From: an uncultured cyanobacterium
GTDB lineage: Bacteria > Cyanobacteriota > Cyanobacteriia > Cyanobacteriales > CAWUOF01
Length of the DNA: 64,000 nucleotides
Direction: 5' to 3'
NCBI GenBank assembly: GCA_963744145.1
Contig: CAVUSO010000001.1
Location: forward strand, 96,001-160,000
In this document: piece after piece, positions 30,743 through 41,519 of the stretch
Numbering within the stretch: position 1 is the first letter of the stretch
Layout: every line of letters begins with the position of its first letter
Made by a program: the position numbers and the translations under genes
The notes under the pieces: generated by a model
Databases searched by the model: none
The model's input: only the letters and a program-made list of their open reading frames with translations
Told to the model about the DNA's origin: nothing

Positions 30743-32068
30743 ATGGTTAATAATTTAAAGCTACGCTCCCGAATTTTGACAGGATATTCAGTACCTTTAC
30801 TGCTATCAGTAATAGCAGCCGGAGTAGTATACGTTCAAGCTGAAAGTGTATCACAACAATCCGAGCGCGAAAAGATGGGTCAACAGATTGTCAGATCCTC
30901 CAATCAGTTGCAATTGAGTATTGTCTTAATGCAACGAGCTGGGAGAGGTTATCTACTCGATCGCAATCCAGAAAATTTAAAGGATTTTAGCAGTGCAATT
31001 CAGTTATTTAATGAATCAGAAAAAGATTTGAAAAAGCTGGTTGAAGTCCAAATCCAAAAAGACCGATTACAACACATTATCGACTTATCCCAAGAATCAA
31101 TTACCTTAAATCGTGAATTAATTGCCGAAATCCAATCTGGCAAAATGAAAGAAGCAATGCAAATTTATACTTCTAATCAACGCCAAACTATTACTAACCA
31201 CTTAGAAGAATTTCTTGATACTTTTAATAAAGCCGAAGATGAAATCCAACAATTAAAACGTCAGCAAAGTGACCAAACCTTACGTTCATTAATTCTAGTT
31301 GTTTTAATCACCACCTTAATTTCAATTATTTTAGCATTAATATTGGGCTGGATTATTGCTGCTCAGATCACCACTACTATCCATGAAAGCGTTAATAATA
31401 TTGCCAGTACCTCAACGCAAATTGCTACTGCGGTGGAAGAACAAGAACGTACTATTGATCAACAAGCAGCCGCAGTGCATCAAACCACAACCACCATGGA
31501 TGAATTAGGAGTTTCCTCTCGACAATCAGCTCACCAAGCAGAATTAGTTCGAGCAAAAATCGAAGTAATTTCTACTCAAATGCTAGGATTAATTGACCAA
31601 GTTAAGCAAATTGATCATATTGCGAATATGGTTAGCGAAATTGCCAATCAAACTAATATGTTAGCACTAAATGCGGCGGTAGAAGCAGTCAGAGCGGGAG
31701 AACATGGTAAAGGATTTGGAGTAGTAGCTGGTGAAATTCGTAAACTAGCTGATCAGAGCAAAAAATCAGCCGAAAAAATTACTAATTTAGTTAGTCAAAT
31801 TCAACAATCTACTAATAATGCAGTCGTCATTTCAGCAACTGGAACTAAAAGCGTTGAAAGTGTGGTATCTGCAATCAATGATATTGCTGTTAATACTCAA
31901 CAAATTTCCTTGAGTGCTCAGCAACAAGCTACTGCGATCGGACAAGTAGCCCAAGCAATGAACCAATTAAATCAAGCAGCACAACAAACCGTTACCGGGA
32001 TCAGTCAAACTAAAATTGGTATTCAAAGTTTGAATCAAGTTGCAATTAAACTGAAACAACAAGTGTAA
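30743..32068 (+). CDS. Methyl-accepting chemotaxis protein (CHASE3-like sensor)
   Basis: Two TM helices, [42 protein letters not shown]. Confidence 0.92.
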   Translation: MVNNLKLRSRILTGYSVPLLLSVIAAGVVYVQAESVSQQSEREKMGQQIVRSSNQLQLSIVLMQRAGRGYLLDRNPENLKDFSSAIQLFNESEKDLKKLVEVQIQKDRLQHIIDLSQESITLNRELIAEIQSGKMKEAMQIYTSNQRQTITNHLEEFLDTFNKAEDEIQQLKRQQSDQTLRSLILVVLITTLISIILALILGWIIAAQITTTIHESVNNIASTSTQIATAVEEQERTIDQQAAAVHQTTTTMDELGVSSRQSAHQAELVRAKIEVISTQMLGLIDQVKQIDHIANMVSEIANQTNMLALNAAVEAVRAGEHGKGFGVVAGEIRKLADQSKKSAEKITNLVSQIQQSTNNAVVISATGTKSVESVVSAINDIAVNTQQISLSAQQQATAIGQVAQAMNQLNQAAQQTVTGISQTKIGIQSLNQVAIKLKQQV

Positions 32069-32122
32069 AAAGCGACAACTTTTAATTTAAAATAATCTCA
32101 AGATTACTGGTAAGGGAAAATC

Positions 32123-32773
32123 ATGACTGATCACACAAATGCTCGAGAACTATTCCAAGCTGCTTACGAAAATCGTTACACATGGGACTCTAATTTTCCC
32201 GGTTATTTAGCGGAAATTGAAGTTAAACAGGGTAAGGAAATCCATACCGGAAAGATTTGCATTCATCCGGATCTGAAGATTGAAGTCACAGAAGTCGCCA
32301 ATCCAAAAGTTCAAGAAAGCATTTACAATCAATTACGGGATCTGGTTACCCATCGGAAACGGTCAACTTTTGAGCAATCTCACGGGAAAAATAACTTTAG
32401 CATTGGGAAAACCGAGGAAACTGGTGCGATCGAAATTTTGGTGACAGGTGAAGCAATGGGATCTAATTATCAGATCAAAGATCAGGAAATTTGTCATGTA
32501 CGCCGAGTGATGGGTAAAATGGTCTTTGTGATCGATACATATCAAAGCTTCAATACTGGTTCAGGTTATGTAGCTACTCGTTATGATGCCATTTTCCGTA
32601 ATGTGGAAACTGATGAAGTGATAAAAGTGTTAAAATTTGAGGACTCCTACGAGAAAATAGGAGACTATTATGTAATGACTCAGCAGGTGATCCATGCAGA
32701 TGAACCAGAACAGCAGATCACCACTGAGTTTAAACTGACTAACGTCAAACTACTCGAACCAGCAGTGGTATAG
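32123..32773 (+). CDS. DUF3386 family protein
   Basis: ARELFQAAYENRYTWDSNFPGY, HR.R..FEQSHGKN.F. Confidence 0.8.
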   Translation: MTDHTNARELFQAAYENRYTWDSNFPGYLAEIEVKQGKEIHTGKICIHPDLKIEVTEVANPKVQESIYNQLRDLVTHRKRSTFEQSHGKNNFSIGKTEETGAIEILVTGEAMGSNYQIKDQEICHVRRVMGKMVFVIDTYQSFNTGSGYVATRYDAIFRNVETDEVIKVLKFEDSYEKIGDYYVMTQQVIHADEPEQQITTEFKLTNVKLLEPAVV

Positions 32774-32822
32774 CAAACCGTTAGAATGTTTATTGGTGTC
32801 AAAAAATTGTGCAAGGTGAAAT

Positions 32823-33071
32823 ATGTCTATAACTCAAACACTAGAACTGACCAAAGAGAATGTAGAAAAGGTTTTGGATGAACTGCGCCCCTATTTAATG
32901 TCTGATGGGGGCAATGTGGAGTTAGTAGACGTGGAGGGACCAATTGTTAAACTCCGTTTACAAGGAGCTTGTGGTTCTTGTCCAAGTTCAGCGATGACCC
33001 TGAGAATGGGGATAGAACGTCGTTTACGCGAAACAATTCCCGAAATTGGTGAAGTTGAACAGGTGTATTAA
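32823..33071 (+). CDS. nfuA: NifU-like Fe-S scaffold (NfuA)
   Basis: [25 protein letters not shown]. Confidence 0.9.
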   Translation: MSITQTLELTKENVEKVLDELRPYLMSDGGNVELVDVEGPIVKLRLQGACGSCPSSAMTLRMGIERRLRETIPEIGEVEQVY

Positions 33072-33217
33072 TAGCAACAGGAAAAAGAATTTCTGTGAAT
33101 ATGTAATCTAGTTTCTAACATCCAGAAATTTTTTTCGATACATTTAACAGGGAAGAGTCGGGTAAAGTTTGTGGTAGAAACCCGATCGCTCCCCTGTTTT
33201 TTATTTCCTTTAATCTC

Positions 33218-35464
33218 ATGTCTCATCCTCTCTACGTTGCATTTATTTGGCATCAGCATCAACCTTTATATAAATCCCAAAGTAACCACCCCCAACCTGA
33301 TGGCCAATATCTGTTGCCTTGGGTCCGTCTACATGGCACTAAAGATTATTTGGATTTAGTCCTGCAACTAGCCAAATATCCGAAATTGCATCAAACCGTC
33401 AATTTGGTGCCTTCTTTAATCTTGCAGTTGGAAGATTATATTGCTGGTACAGCTTTTGATCCCTATCTGGCTCTGACGCTAACACCCACAGAACAGTTAA
33501 ACAGCCAACAAAAAGCATTTATTATTGAGCATTTTTTTGATGCCAATAACCATCACCTGATTGAGCCTTATCTCCGTTATGCCGAATTATACCGACAGCG
33601 CCAAGAGCTAGGATCTCAATGGTGTCGGCAGAATTGGCAACTACAAGATTACAGTGATTTATTAGCTTGGCACAATTTAGCTTGGATTGACCCTTTGTTT
33701 GCTGATGATCCGGAAATTGCCCAGTGGTTAAAACAAGGTCGAAACTTTACCTTAAGCGATCGCCAGCGCATTTATTCCAAGCAAAGAGAAATTATCAGTC
33801 GGATTATCCCCCAACACCGGGCGATGCAAGTATCTGGACAGTTGGAGGTAATGACTTCTCCCTATACTCACCCCATCTTACCCTTACTAGCCGATTCCAA
33901 TTCTGGGCAAGTAGCAGTGCCCAACATGATTTTACCCCAGCAAAAATTCTCTTGGCCCGCAGACATCACCCGACATCTCCGCAAAGCTTGGGATATATAT
34001 ACCGATCGCTTTGGTCAAACTCCTCGAGGATTATGGCCATCAGAACAAGCGGTAAGTCCAGAAATATTACCCTATATCATCCAACAAGGATTTGAATGGA
34101 TTTGCTCTGATGAAGCGATCTTAGGTTGGACCCTGAACCACTTTTTCCACCGTGATGGTGCAGGTAATGTGTTTGAACCAGAACTACTATATCGTCCCTA
34201 TCGATTAGCGACTCTAGCAGGCGAACTCACGATCGTGTTTCGGGATCACCGCTTATCAGACTTAATTGGGTTTACTTATGGGGCAATGCCAGGACCCGCC
34301 GCCGCCGCCAATTTAGTTGGACACTTAGAATCGATCGCCCATCAGCTCAAACAGCGACAACCCGAAGGGGGAACTACTTTAGCCAAACCCTGGTTAGTGA
34401 CCATTGCTTTGGATGGGGAAAATTGCTGGGAATTTTATCCCCAAGATGGCAAACTGTTCCTGGAAAATCTCTATCAAAGACTATCGGTACATCCAGAGAT
34501 TAAATTAGTGACTGTCTCCGAATTTATCGAACAATTTCCAGCTACAGAAACTTTAAATGCTCAACAGCTCCATACCGGATCTTGGGTGAATGGTGACTTA
34601 ACCACTTGGATTGGCGATCCTGCGAAAAATCGCGCTTGGGATTTATTAACAACTGCTAGACAAGTTCTGGCTAATCATCCAGAAGCAACTGAAGAAAATA
34701 ATCCTGCTGCATGGGAAGCTTTGGACGCAGCGGAAGGATCAGATTGGTTTTGGTGGTTTGGAGAAGGTCATTCATCCAATCACGATGCCATTTTTGATCA
34801 ATTATTCCGGGAACATTTGCGTGCTTTATATCAAGCTCTGAATGAACCGGTTCCACCCCAATTGCGACAACCGATCGAGATCCATGATCTGCGCGGGGAT
34901 CATAAACCAGAAGGCTTTATTCATCCAATTATCGATGGATTTGGCGATGAACAAGACTGGGACAAAGCAGGTCGTTTGGAAATTGGTGGTGCCAGAGGTA
35001 CAATGCACCGTAGTTCTGAGATTCAGCGAGTCTGGTATGGTGTTGATCACCTGAATTTTTATCTACGTTTGGACTTGCGAAGTGGTATTCAACCGGGAAA
35101 AGACTTTCCTTCAGAAGTAAACTTGTTCTGGTTTTATCCCCATCAACCTATGCGTAATAGTCCAATACCTTTAGCCAATCTTCCTGATCATTCTCCCCTC
35201 AATTATCTTTATCACCATCATTTGGGCATTAATTTAGTGACCAATTCCTTTTGGTTTCAGGAAGCAGGTGAAAATTATCAATGGTATAAACGATCGTTAC
35301 TAGGAAAAGTTGCCTACAAAAAATGCCTAGAAGTAGCTATTCCTTGGGCAGATTTACCGACTGAACCAGATTGGTCTTTACGACTAATTTTGGTCTTTTC
35401 TGAAGCTGGTCGCTTTTCTAGTTATTTACCTGAAGATGCACTTATTCCCATCGATACTCCTTAA
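33218..35464 (+). CDS. Glycoside hydrolase family 57 protein
   Basis: WHQHQP, PWVRLH, HPILPL, GLWPSEQA, IALDGENCWE, AEGSDWFWW. Confidence 0.92.
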   Translation: MSHPLYVAFIWHQHQPLYKSQSNHPQPDGQYLLPWVRLHGTKDYLDLVLQLAKYPKLHQTVNLVPSLILQLEDYIAGTAFDPYLALTLTPTEQLNSQQKAFIIEHFFDANNHHLIEPYLRYAELYRQRQELGSQWCRQNWQLQDYSDLLAWHNLAWIDPLFADDPEIAQWLKQGRNFTLSDRQRIYSKQREIISRIIPQHRAMQVSGQLEVMTSPYTHPILPLLADSNSGQVAVPNMILPQQKFSWPADITRHLRKAWDIYTDRFGQTPRGLWPSEQAVSPEILPYIIQQGFEWICSDEAILGWTLNHFFHRDGAGNVFEPELLYRPYRLATLAGELTIVFRDHRLSDLIGFTYGAMPGPAAAANLVGHLESIAHQLKQRQPEGGTTLAKPWLVTIALDGENCWEFYPQDGKLFLENLYQRLSVHPEIKLVTVSEFIEQFPATETLNAQQLHTGSWVNGDLTTWIGDPAKNRAWDLLTTARQVLANHPEATEENNPAAWEALDAAEGSDWFWWFGEGHSSNHDAIFDQLFREHLRALYQALNEPVPPQLRQPIEIHDLRGDHKPEGFIHPIIDGFGDEQDWDKAGRLEIGGARGTMHRSSEIQRVWYGVDHLNFYLRLDLRSGIQPGKDFPSEVNLFWFYPHQPMRNSPIPLANLPDHSPLNYLYHHHLGINLVTNSFWFQEAGENYQWYKRSLLGKVAYKKCLEVAIPWADLPTEPDWSLRLILVFSEAGRFSSYLPEDALIPIDTP

Positions 35465-35472
35465 TTAACCTC

Positions 35473-35491
35473 GGGGCGGATCATTCGCCCC
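35473..35491. repeat. Short REP-like/terminator hairpin
   Basis: GGGGCGGA-TCA-TTCGCCCC after the GH57 stop. Confidence 0.5.
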
Positions 35492-35806
35492 TAGATTTGT
35501 CCTGATCAATTAATTATCGCTTTTGGATCACCCTGATCATCAAATTAAGTTAAAATTAATAAAGCGTGAAAAAGTCGAACCAAACTACAGATGCTATTTT
35601 AAGTAATCAAATATTAATAAAAAATCCCAAAAAATCACAGACATAGCATCAAATATACCCTTCTTAATTGAATCATGACTAACCTCTTATTTCCCCTGTT
35701 AAATTGCTCTGATCAAGTTAAGAACACAGTTTTTACTGGTAACCGGATCAATTAAATGATTACCTAAATTCCAAAAATAAAAAGAAAAAACCTGTTGGGG
35801 TAGATC

Positions 35807-36223
35807 ATGAATAGAACTAGAAAACAAAAAAACAGGGAAAATGCCCAGCAAGCAATCCCAAATTCTCAATTCTCAGTTCAGATGAAACAGGCTGTTGCTA
35901 AAGTTTGGGAACGTTATCAAGGATGTATTTGCGATCGCATTTTGATCCTCGAAGCAGCAACCACAGCCCTAGGAGCAGGAGAGATGAGTGAGGGATTACG
36001 AACAAGCGCTCACCAAGAAGCCCACAAACTAGCTGGTTCTCTCGGCACTTTTGGGATCGCTAAAGGATCAGAAATTGCCAGGGAAATAGAACAAATATTT
36101 CAAGCTGGTGTTCTCCGAGAAGGACAAACACAACATTTACAAACTTTGATTATGATTTTGCGTCAAGAAATAGCCCAAAAAGCTCCTCAGCCTATTGCTG
36201 ACAATGATCCCATTCGGTCTTAA
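35807..36223 (+). CDS. Hpt phosphotransfer domain protein
   Basis: AHQEAHKLAGSLGTFG..GSEIAREIE. Confidence 0.85.
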   Translation: MNRTRKQKNRENAQQAIPNSQFSVQMKQAVAKVWERYQGCICDRILILEAATTALGAGEMSEGLRTSAHQEAHKLAGSLGTFGIAKGSEIAREIEQIFQAGVLREGQTQHLQTLIMILRQEIAQKAPQPIADNDPIRS

Positions 36224-36322
36224 AATTTGGAATCAATACTACCTGTTTTGAGAAAAGGATATAAATGAATCTGGTACTGGCAAAAAAGTTTCCCTGACAG
36301 ACAGGATATAGGAGAAATCCGG

Positions 36323-39300
36323 ATGAGTGAAGAAACTTCTGTTGGAGTTAGCTCGCGATCGGCAAAGCGAGCAGGGTCTTTATTAAGCGATAATTCCCAC
36401 CATGTATTAACCAGGCAACATACATCAGAGGATGATGTTTTTTTTAACCTAGTGGGAGAAGTCCGAGACTATGCCATATTCCGATTAGATCAAGATGGCT
36501 GTGTGGCTAGTTGGAATGTGGGAGCAGAAAGTATTTTTGGGGTAAAAGCGAGCGAAATCATTGGTAAACACTTTTCTGGTTTTTATCCGAAATCCGATAT
36601 TGCTTTGGGCAAACTCGAACAAGAACTCAAACTGGTACTCGCGGCGGGACAGTGCGAAGATGAAGGTTGGCGAGTTCGGCAAAATGGTAGTCGTTTTTGG
36701 GCAAGTTCAACGATTACAGTTTTGCGGGATGAGCAAGGGCAATTATTAGGATTTTCTGTGATTACCCATGATTTGACAGAACGTCGGCAAATTGAAGAAG
36801 AACTGTGTCAAGTAAATCGATCGCTCAGAACCCTCAGTGATTGCAATCAAGCTTTAGTCAGAGCAACTGAAGAATCAGAACTTTTGCGAGATATTTGCCG
36901 AATTATTGTTGAAGTTGGTGGTTATTCTACCGCTGGGGTCGGATTTCCGGTGCATCATGAGCAAGAAAATGATCTACAATCTTTGGCTTTAGCTGGATAT
37001 GCAGTTAGTCAAGGACTATATCTTCAAAGTGAAGACCAGAAAAACGGTCATAATTCCTTATTTGGGCTTTATTCTGTCATGGTGATGCAGACAGGTAGAC
37101 CTTATGTAGTAGAAAATATTTTTACTGAACCTAATTTTAGTCCTTGGTGTAGTTTCGCTCAAGAACGAGGCTATGCTTCTTTGATCGTTTTACCGTTAAT
37201 TGCTAAACATTTAGATCAAGAAATTGCTCCAGCTAAACCTTTTGGTGTGCTGAGTATTTATGCGGCTATGCCCAATACTTTTGATGCCGAAAAAGTCAAG
37301 CTACTCGGTGAATTAGCCGATGATTTGGCTTATGGGATTATGGCTTTACGGACTAGACAGGAACGGAGTCGAGCTGAATCCGCGTTACGGGAATCGGAGG
37401 AGTTGCACCGGATTACTTTGAGTAATATCTCAGATGCAGTATTTATTACTGATAATTTAGGTTTTTTTACTTATATTTGTCCCAATGTCCATCGAACTTT
37501 TGGTTACTATTTACAGCAAGTACAAGAGTTTGGCAAGATTTCTCGGTTGTTAGGGGAGCGGATTTTTGAGGTTTTATCAGAATTAGAACCTGCTGGAGAA
37601 ATCCAAAATCTGGAATGGGAAATTGAAGATCAAACTGGTAAACAACATATTTTGTTAATTAATATCAAACGGGTCGCGATTAAGGGGGGAACGATTCTTT
37701 ATACTTGTCGAGATATTACTCAACGTCGCCAAACCGCAGCAGCTTTGCGAGAAAGTGAGGAACGTTATCGGCAATTAATCGAAATCTCTCCCGAAGCGAT
37801 CGCGGTGCAAGCTGAAGATAAAATTGTTTTAATTAATCCCGCAGGAGCTAAACTTTTTGGTGCTAATAATCCGGAAGATTTAATTAGTAAGTCTTTGCAA
37901 GAATTAGGGCATTTTAATGGACAAAAGCCGAGTTTTTTAACCGAAAAAAGCCAAGAAGTTCCGTTTATTGAACAAAAAGTATTTCGTCCTGATGGCACAA
38001 TTTTAGATTTAGAAGTAGCGTCATTACCTTTTATTTATCAAAGAAAACCAGCGATGTTAATGGTAGCGCGGGATGTGACGGAAAGAAAGCGAGTTGAATG
38101 GGAGTTAAAAAAATATCGTCATCATTTGGAAGAATTAGTAGCCGAACGGACTGCTAAATTAATGGCAGCTAATGAACAATTACAACAGGAAATTTGCGAT
38201 CGGAAGTTTGCTGAGGAAGCGCTACGTCATTCGGAAGAACAACTTCGCACTTTAATTAATGCTACTCCTGATATAGTTTGTTTCAAAGATGGTGCTGGTA
38301 AATGGCTGGAAGCTAATGCAGCTATGTTGCAAATTTTCCAACTAGAACACATTGATTATCGAGGTAAAACCGATCAAGAACTCGGTGAAATGAATATTTT
38401 TGGTCGAGAAGCATTCCGAAATTGTCAACGCACTGATGAACTAGCTTGGAGTAAACAAACTCTTTCCGGGGTGGAAGAAATTATTAACAATCAGGAGGGT
38501 GTAGCTCGAATTTTCGAGGTAATCAAAGTACCGCTTTTTTATCCAGATGGAAAACGCAAAGGAATTGTAGTTTTGGGACGGGATATTACTGCACGTAAAC
38601 AAGCAGAAGCAGCTTTGGAAAGGTTGAGTCGGCAAAATAAATTAATTTTAAATTCAGCGGGGGAGGGAATTTGCGGATTGGATTTGTGCGGTAAGATTAC
38701 TTTTGTTAATCCGGACTGGAGCGAGAATGCTGGGTGCTAAGGTGGAAGATTTAATTAATCAACCACTGGTATCTATTTTCTCAGGTTGTCAACCAGATCA
38801 AATTCATTATTGCTCACAAAAACTACCCGTTTGTACAGCTTTTCAAGATGGAGAAGTCCATCAAGTTACAGATCAGGTTTTTTGGCGTCAAGATGGTTCT
38901 AGTTTTCCGGTAGAATATGTGAGTACACCGATGTTAGAACGCGGTGAAATTGTTGGAGGAGTGATTATATTTAAAGATATTACTGAGCGTTTGGCTGTCG
39001 AAAAAATGAAAAATGAATTTGTTTCGGTAGTCAGTCATGAATTACGAACCCCCTTAACTTCCATGCGTGGTGCTTTGGGAATTTTAGCTAGTGGTATGCT
39101 CAAAGATCATCCCCAAAAAGGACAACGGATGTTAGAAATAGCACTGAATAATACCGATCGATTAGTGCGTTTGATTAATGATATTTTAGATATTGAGCGC
39201 ATCACTTATGGGAAGGTAACTTTAGCTAAACAGAATTGTGATATAGCGGAATTGATGGTGCAAGCAGTAGATGCAATGCAAGGAATGGCTGAAAAAGCTG

Positions 39301-39686
39301 GTGTAACTCTAGTGGTAACACCTATGTCTGCTTTATTACGAGTTGATGGCGATCGCATTGTGCAAACTCTCACTAATTTACTCAGTAATGCGATTAAATT
39401 TTCTCAAGCGGGCACAACTGTCCTATTGTCAGCAGAATATTGGAAAAATGGCACAGAAGTTTTATTACAAGTAAAAGATCAAGGACGCGGAATTCCCACA
39501 GATAAGTTAGAGACGATTTTTGAGCGATTTCAACAAGTTGATACTTCTGACTCTCGTGCTTATGGAGGTACTGGTTTAGGTTTAGCGATCTGTCGGAGCA
39601 TTGTAGCACAACATGGTGGTCAGATTTGGGCGGAAAGCACTTTGGGTCAAGGTAGTATTTTTTATTTTACCTTGCCAACTACATAG
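36323..39686 (+). pseudogene. Multi-PAS/GAF sensor histidine kinase split by a +1 frameshift near 38713 (or sequencing error)
   Basis: ORF 36323-38740 ends inside a PAS domain (ITFVNP); AAT CCG G ACT GGA GCG AGA ATG continues in the 38703-39686 frame, which has VVSHELRTPL and GTGLGL. Confidence 0.8.
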
Positions 39687-39753
39687 CTATATTCTCATTC
39701 ATCTGCAAAAATCTGGTCAAAGAAATTTTGGAAAAAATTTCCCGGTTTAGTGC

Positions 39754-39782
39754 TTGACAGACCTTCTGAAAATTGTTATGCT
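39754..39782 (+). promoter_or_regulatory. Promoter of tRNA-Phe
   Basis: TTGACA-17 nt-TATGCT with extended TGn. Confidence 0.75.
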
Positions 39783-39803
39783 AGTTAGGCACAAAAAAAT
39801 TAA

Positions 39804-39876
<73 letters not shown>

Positions 39877-40067
39877 TTTAAAATAACGAAAAATCAGGGG
39901 TTCTATGCTTTCTGGAACCGTTTTTAGTTTGATTAACTCTACTATAGTTGGATAAAGTCTACTAAAAGTCTACTAAACCAATATTTGCTGATTGATACCT
40001 CTAAACTCTAGAATCGGATCTATAATAGATAAAGAGCATTGCTGATTTACGGTATAAATAAATAATT

Positions 40068-40118
40068 TGTAGGGGCGTATGGCAATACGCCCGGGGCGCA
40101 TGGCCATGCGCCCCTACA
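40068..40118. repeat. GTAG-tagged REP doublet
   Basis: TGTAGGGGCGTATGGCAATACGCCC-GGGGCGCATGGCCATGCGCCCCTACA. Confidence 0.8.
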
Positions 40119-40124
40119 GGATTT

Positions 40125-40217
40125 TCATACCCTGATTAAGCTTTTTCTTGTCCAAGCCCATAATTCAGCAGTTTCTAACATAGCCTGAGAAGTAATGGGA
40201 ATGAGCTGTTCCCTTTC
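40125..40217 (-). pseudogene. PIN/VapC toxin fragment
   Basis: Startless frame EREQLIPITSQAMLETAELWAWTRK, resembling cyanobacterial PIN-domain internal helix. Confidence 0.55.
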
Positions 40218-40224
40218 ATGACAT

Positions 40225-40959
40225 CTACACACTGTTATTTTTTAGTAATTCTTCAAGTCGAGGATACACTTCCCGATCGTAACTAGGATCTTCGTTCATT
40301 AACTCTTCAATAAACTCAAGCATCTTCTTTGTAGCTTTTATCCCTTCCTCAAATTTTTCTTCTTTTTCCCGCTCAAGCAAGGCTGGTAAAGCATTCTGTA
40401 AATTAGGGGTTGGCTTGTCTTTCCTGAGACTTAGCGCTTTTATAACAGATTGTGGTATCAATAAATAAGAAGCTTTGTACTTTTTAAACAAATTTTCTTG
40501 GTGATAGATAGAAGGGAGAAATAATTTTATTCTCAAGAGCCATCCTTCCTTTCCTTCAAATCTGGATTTAGCTAAAATAGCAAACTTGTTAGCTATTTCT
40601 ATAAATAAATCCTGACTTTCACGGGAAAAAATATCCCAGCATTCCTCGATTCCTTGAGCATATTTCTCAAGTTTAGTTGAATATTTATTTAGATCAACAG
40701 GCAAGTCATTGTGATCAAATTCAATTGTTAAGAGGGTAGCTTCTAGGTATTTATTAGCACCTGCTACCATTTCAGATATAGTATCAATTACATTTTTCCC
40801 CTTTAAAGCAGCAACTTCTCTGAAAAGCTCACCGACTTCACTCTCTAATGAATTGGGATAACTTAAGATATTTTCCAGCTTTTGTTTAAATGTTTCAAGA
40901 TTTTTAATTGCTTTTTGATTGTTAAGAGTGTCTTCGCAAGGAGATAGATTGCTAAACAT
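40225..40959 (-). CDS. Hypothetical protein with antitoxin-like C-terminus
   Basis: 244-aa ORF with GGAGG RBS; ends EDPSYDREVYPRLEELLKNN and is followed by a PIN fragment. Confidence 0.55.
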   Translation of the reverse strand: MFSNLSPCEDTLNNQKAIKNLETFKQKLENILSYPNSLESEVGELFREVAALKGKNVIDTISEMVAGANKYLEATLLTIEFDHNDLPVDLNKYSTKLEKYAQGIEECWDIFSRESQDLFIEIANKFAILAKSRFEGKEGWLLRIKLFLPSIYHQENLFKKYKASYLLIPQSVIKALSLRKDKPTPNLQNALPALLEREKEEKFEEGIKATKKMLEFIEELMNEDPSYDREVYPRLEELLKNNSV

Positions 40960-41343
40960 TATTTTGCCTCCCGTATTAACTCAATATTTAAAGTTGTGTC
41001 CATGAGGACTTACTAGCCATAGATGCGCTTGTTGCCTTATAATACGATCATCCTAGCAGTTTTTGTTCCAAGTTTTGGAGTGGTTAGCCAAGAAAAAACT
41101 GTTGTCAGCAGACAACAAATTTACCCACAACATTTTAGGTAATTACTGCGGATTCTGTCGATGGGCGGATGAGCGAGTATCCACACATGGGCGATGCACT
41201 CACCGCAGGCGTTTTGTTCTGATTTTCCGAATCCTCCCATACCCCACTGTAGCTTTCTCATAAAAATATGCGATATATTTTCTGCATGAAGTCTTATAGA
41301 ATAAAGGGTTGAGAATTAACACCCTAGGCTATAATTATCTTCA

Positions 41344-41401
41344 GCAGAGGACTGAGGACTGAAAATCATCCTGTTACTAGTTCAAGTCTGGTTCCTGGCA
41401 T
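41344..41401 (+). repeat. Degenerate direct repeat of tRNA-Phe 3' half (att-like)
   Basis: GCAGAGGACT[GAGGACT]GAAAATCATCCTGTTACTAGTTCAAGTCTGGTTCCTGGCAT vs tRNA 39827-39877. Confidence 0.85.
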
Positions 41402-41519
41402 ATTTACATCTAAGAACCTCTGATCTTGTCTGATCGGTGATTCTGACGGGGCGATCGCCTGGGTGCGAATTTCCTTGCTAAGTGCGATCGCATAGTTTAA
41501 TTTTGTAAATGTGGGTTAA

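Noticed and set aside
41063-41263. 66-aa ORF in the tRNA islet
   Set aside because: TTG start, no RBS or recognisable motif; unsupported.
41344-41401. Second functional tRNA-Phe
   Set aside because: Lacks the 5' acceptor strand and D-arm and has stem mismatches; treated as an att-like remnant.
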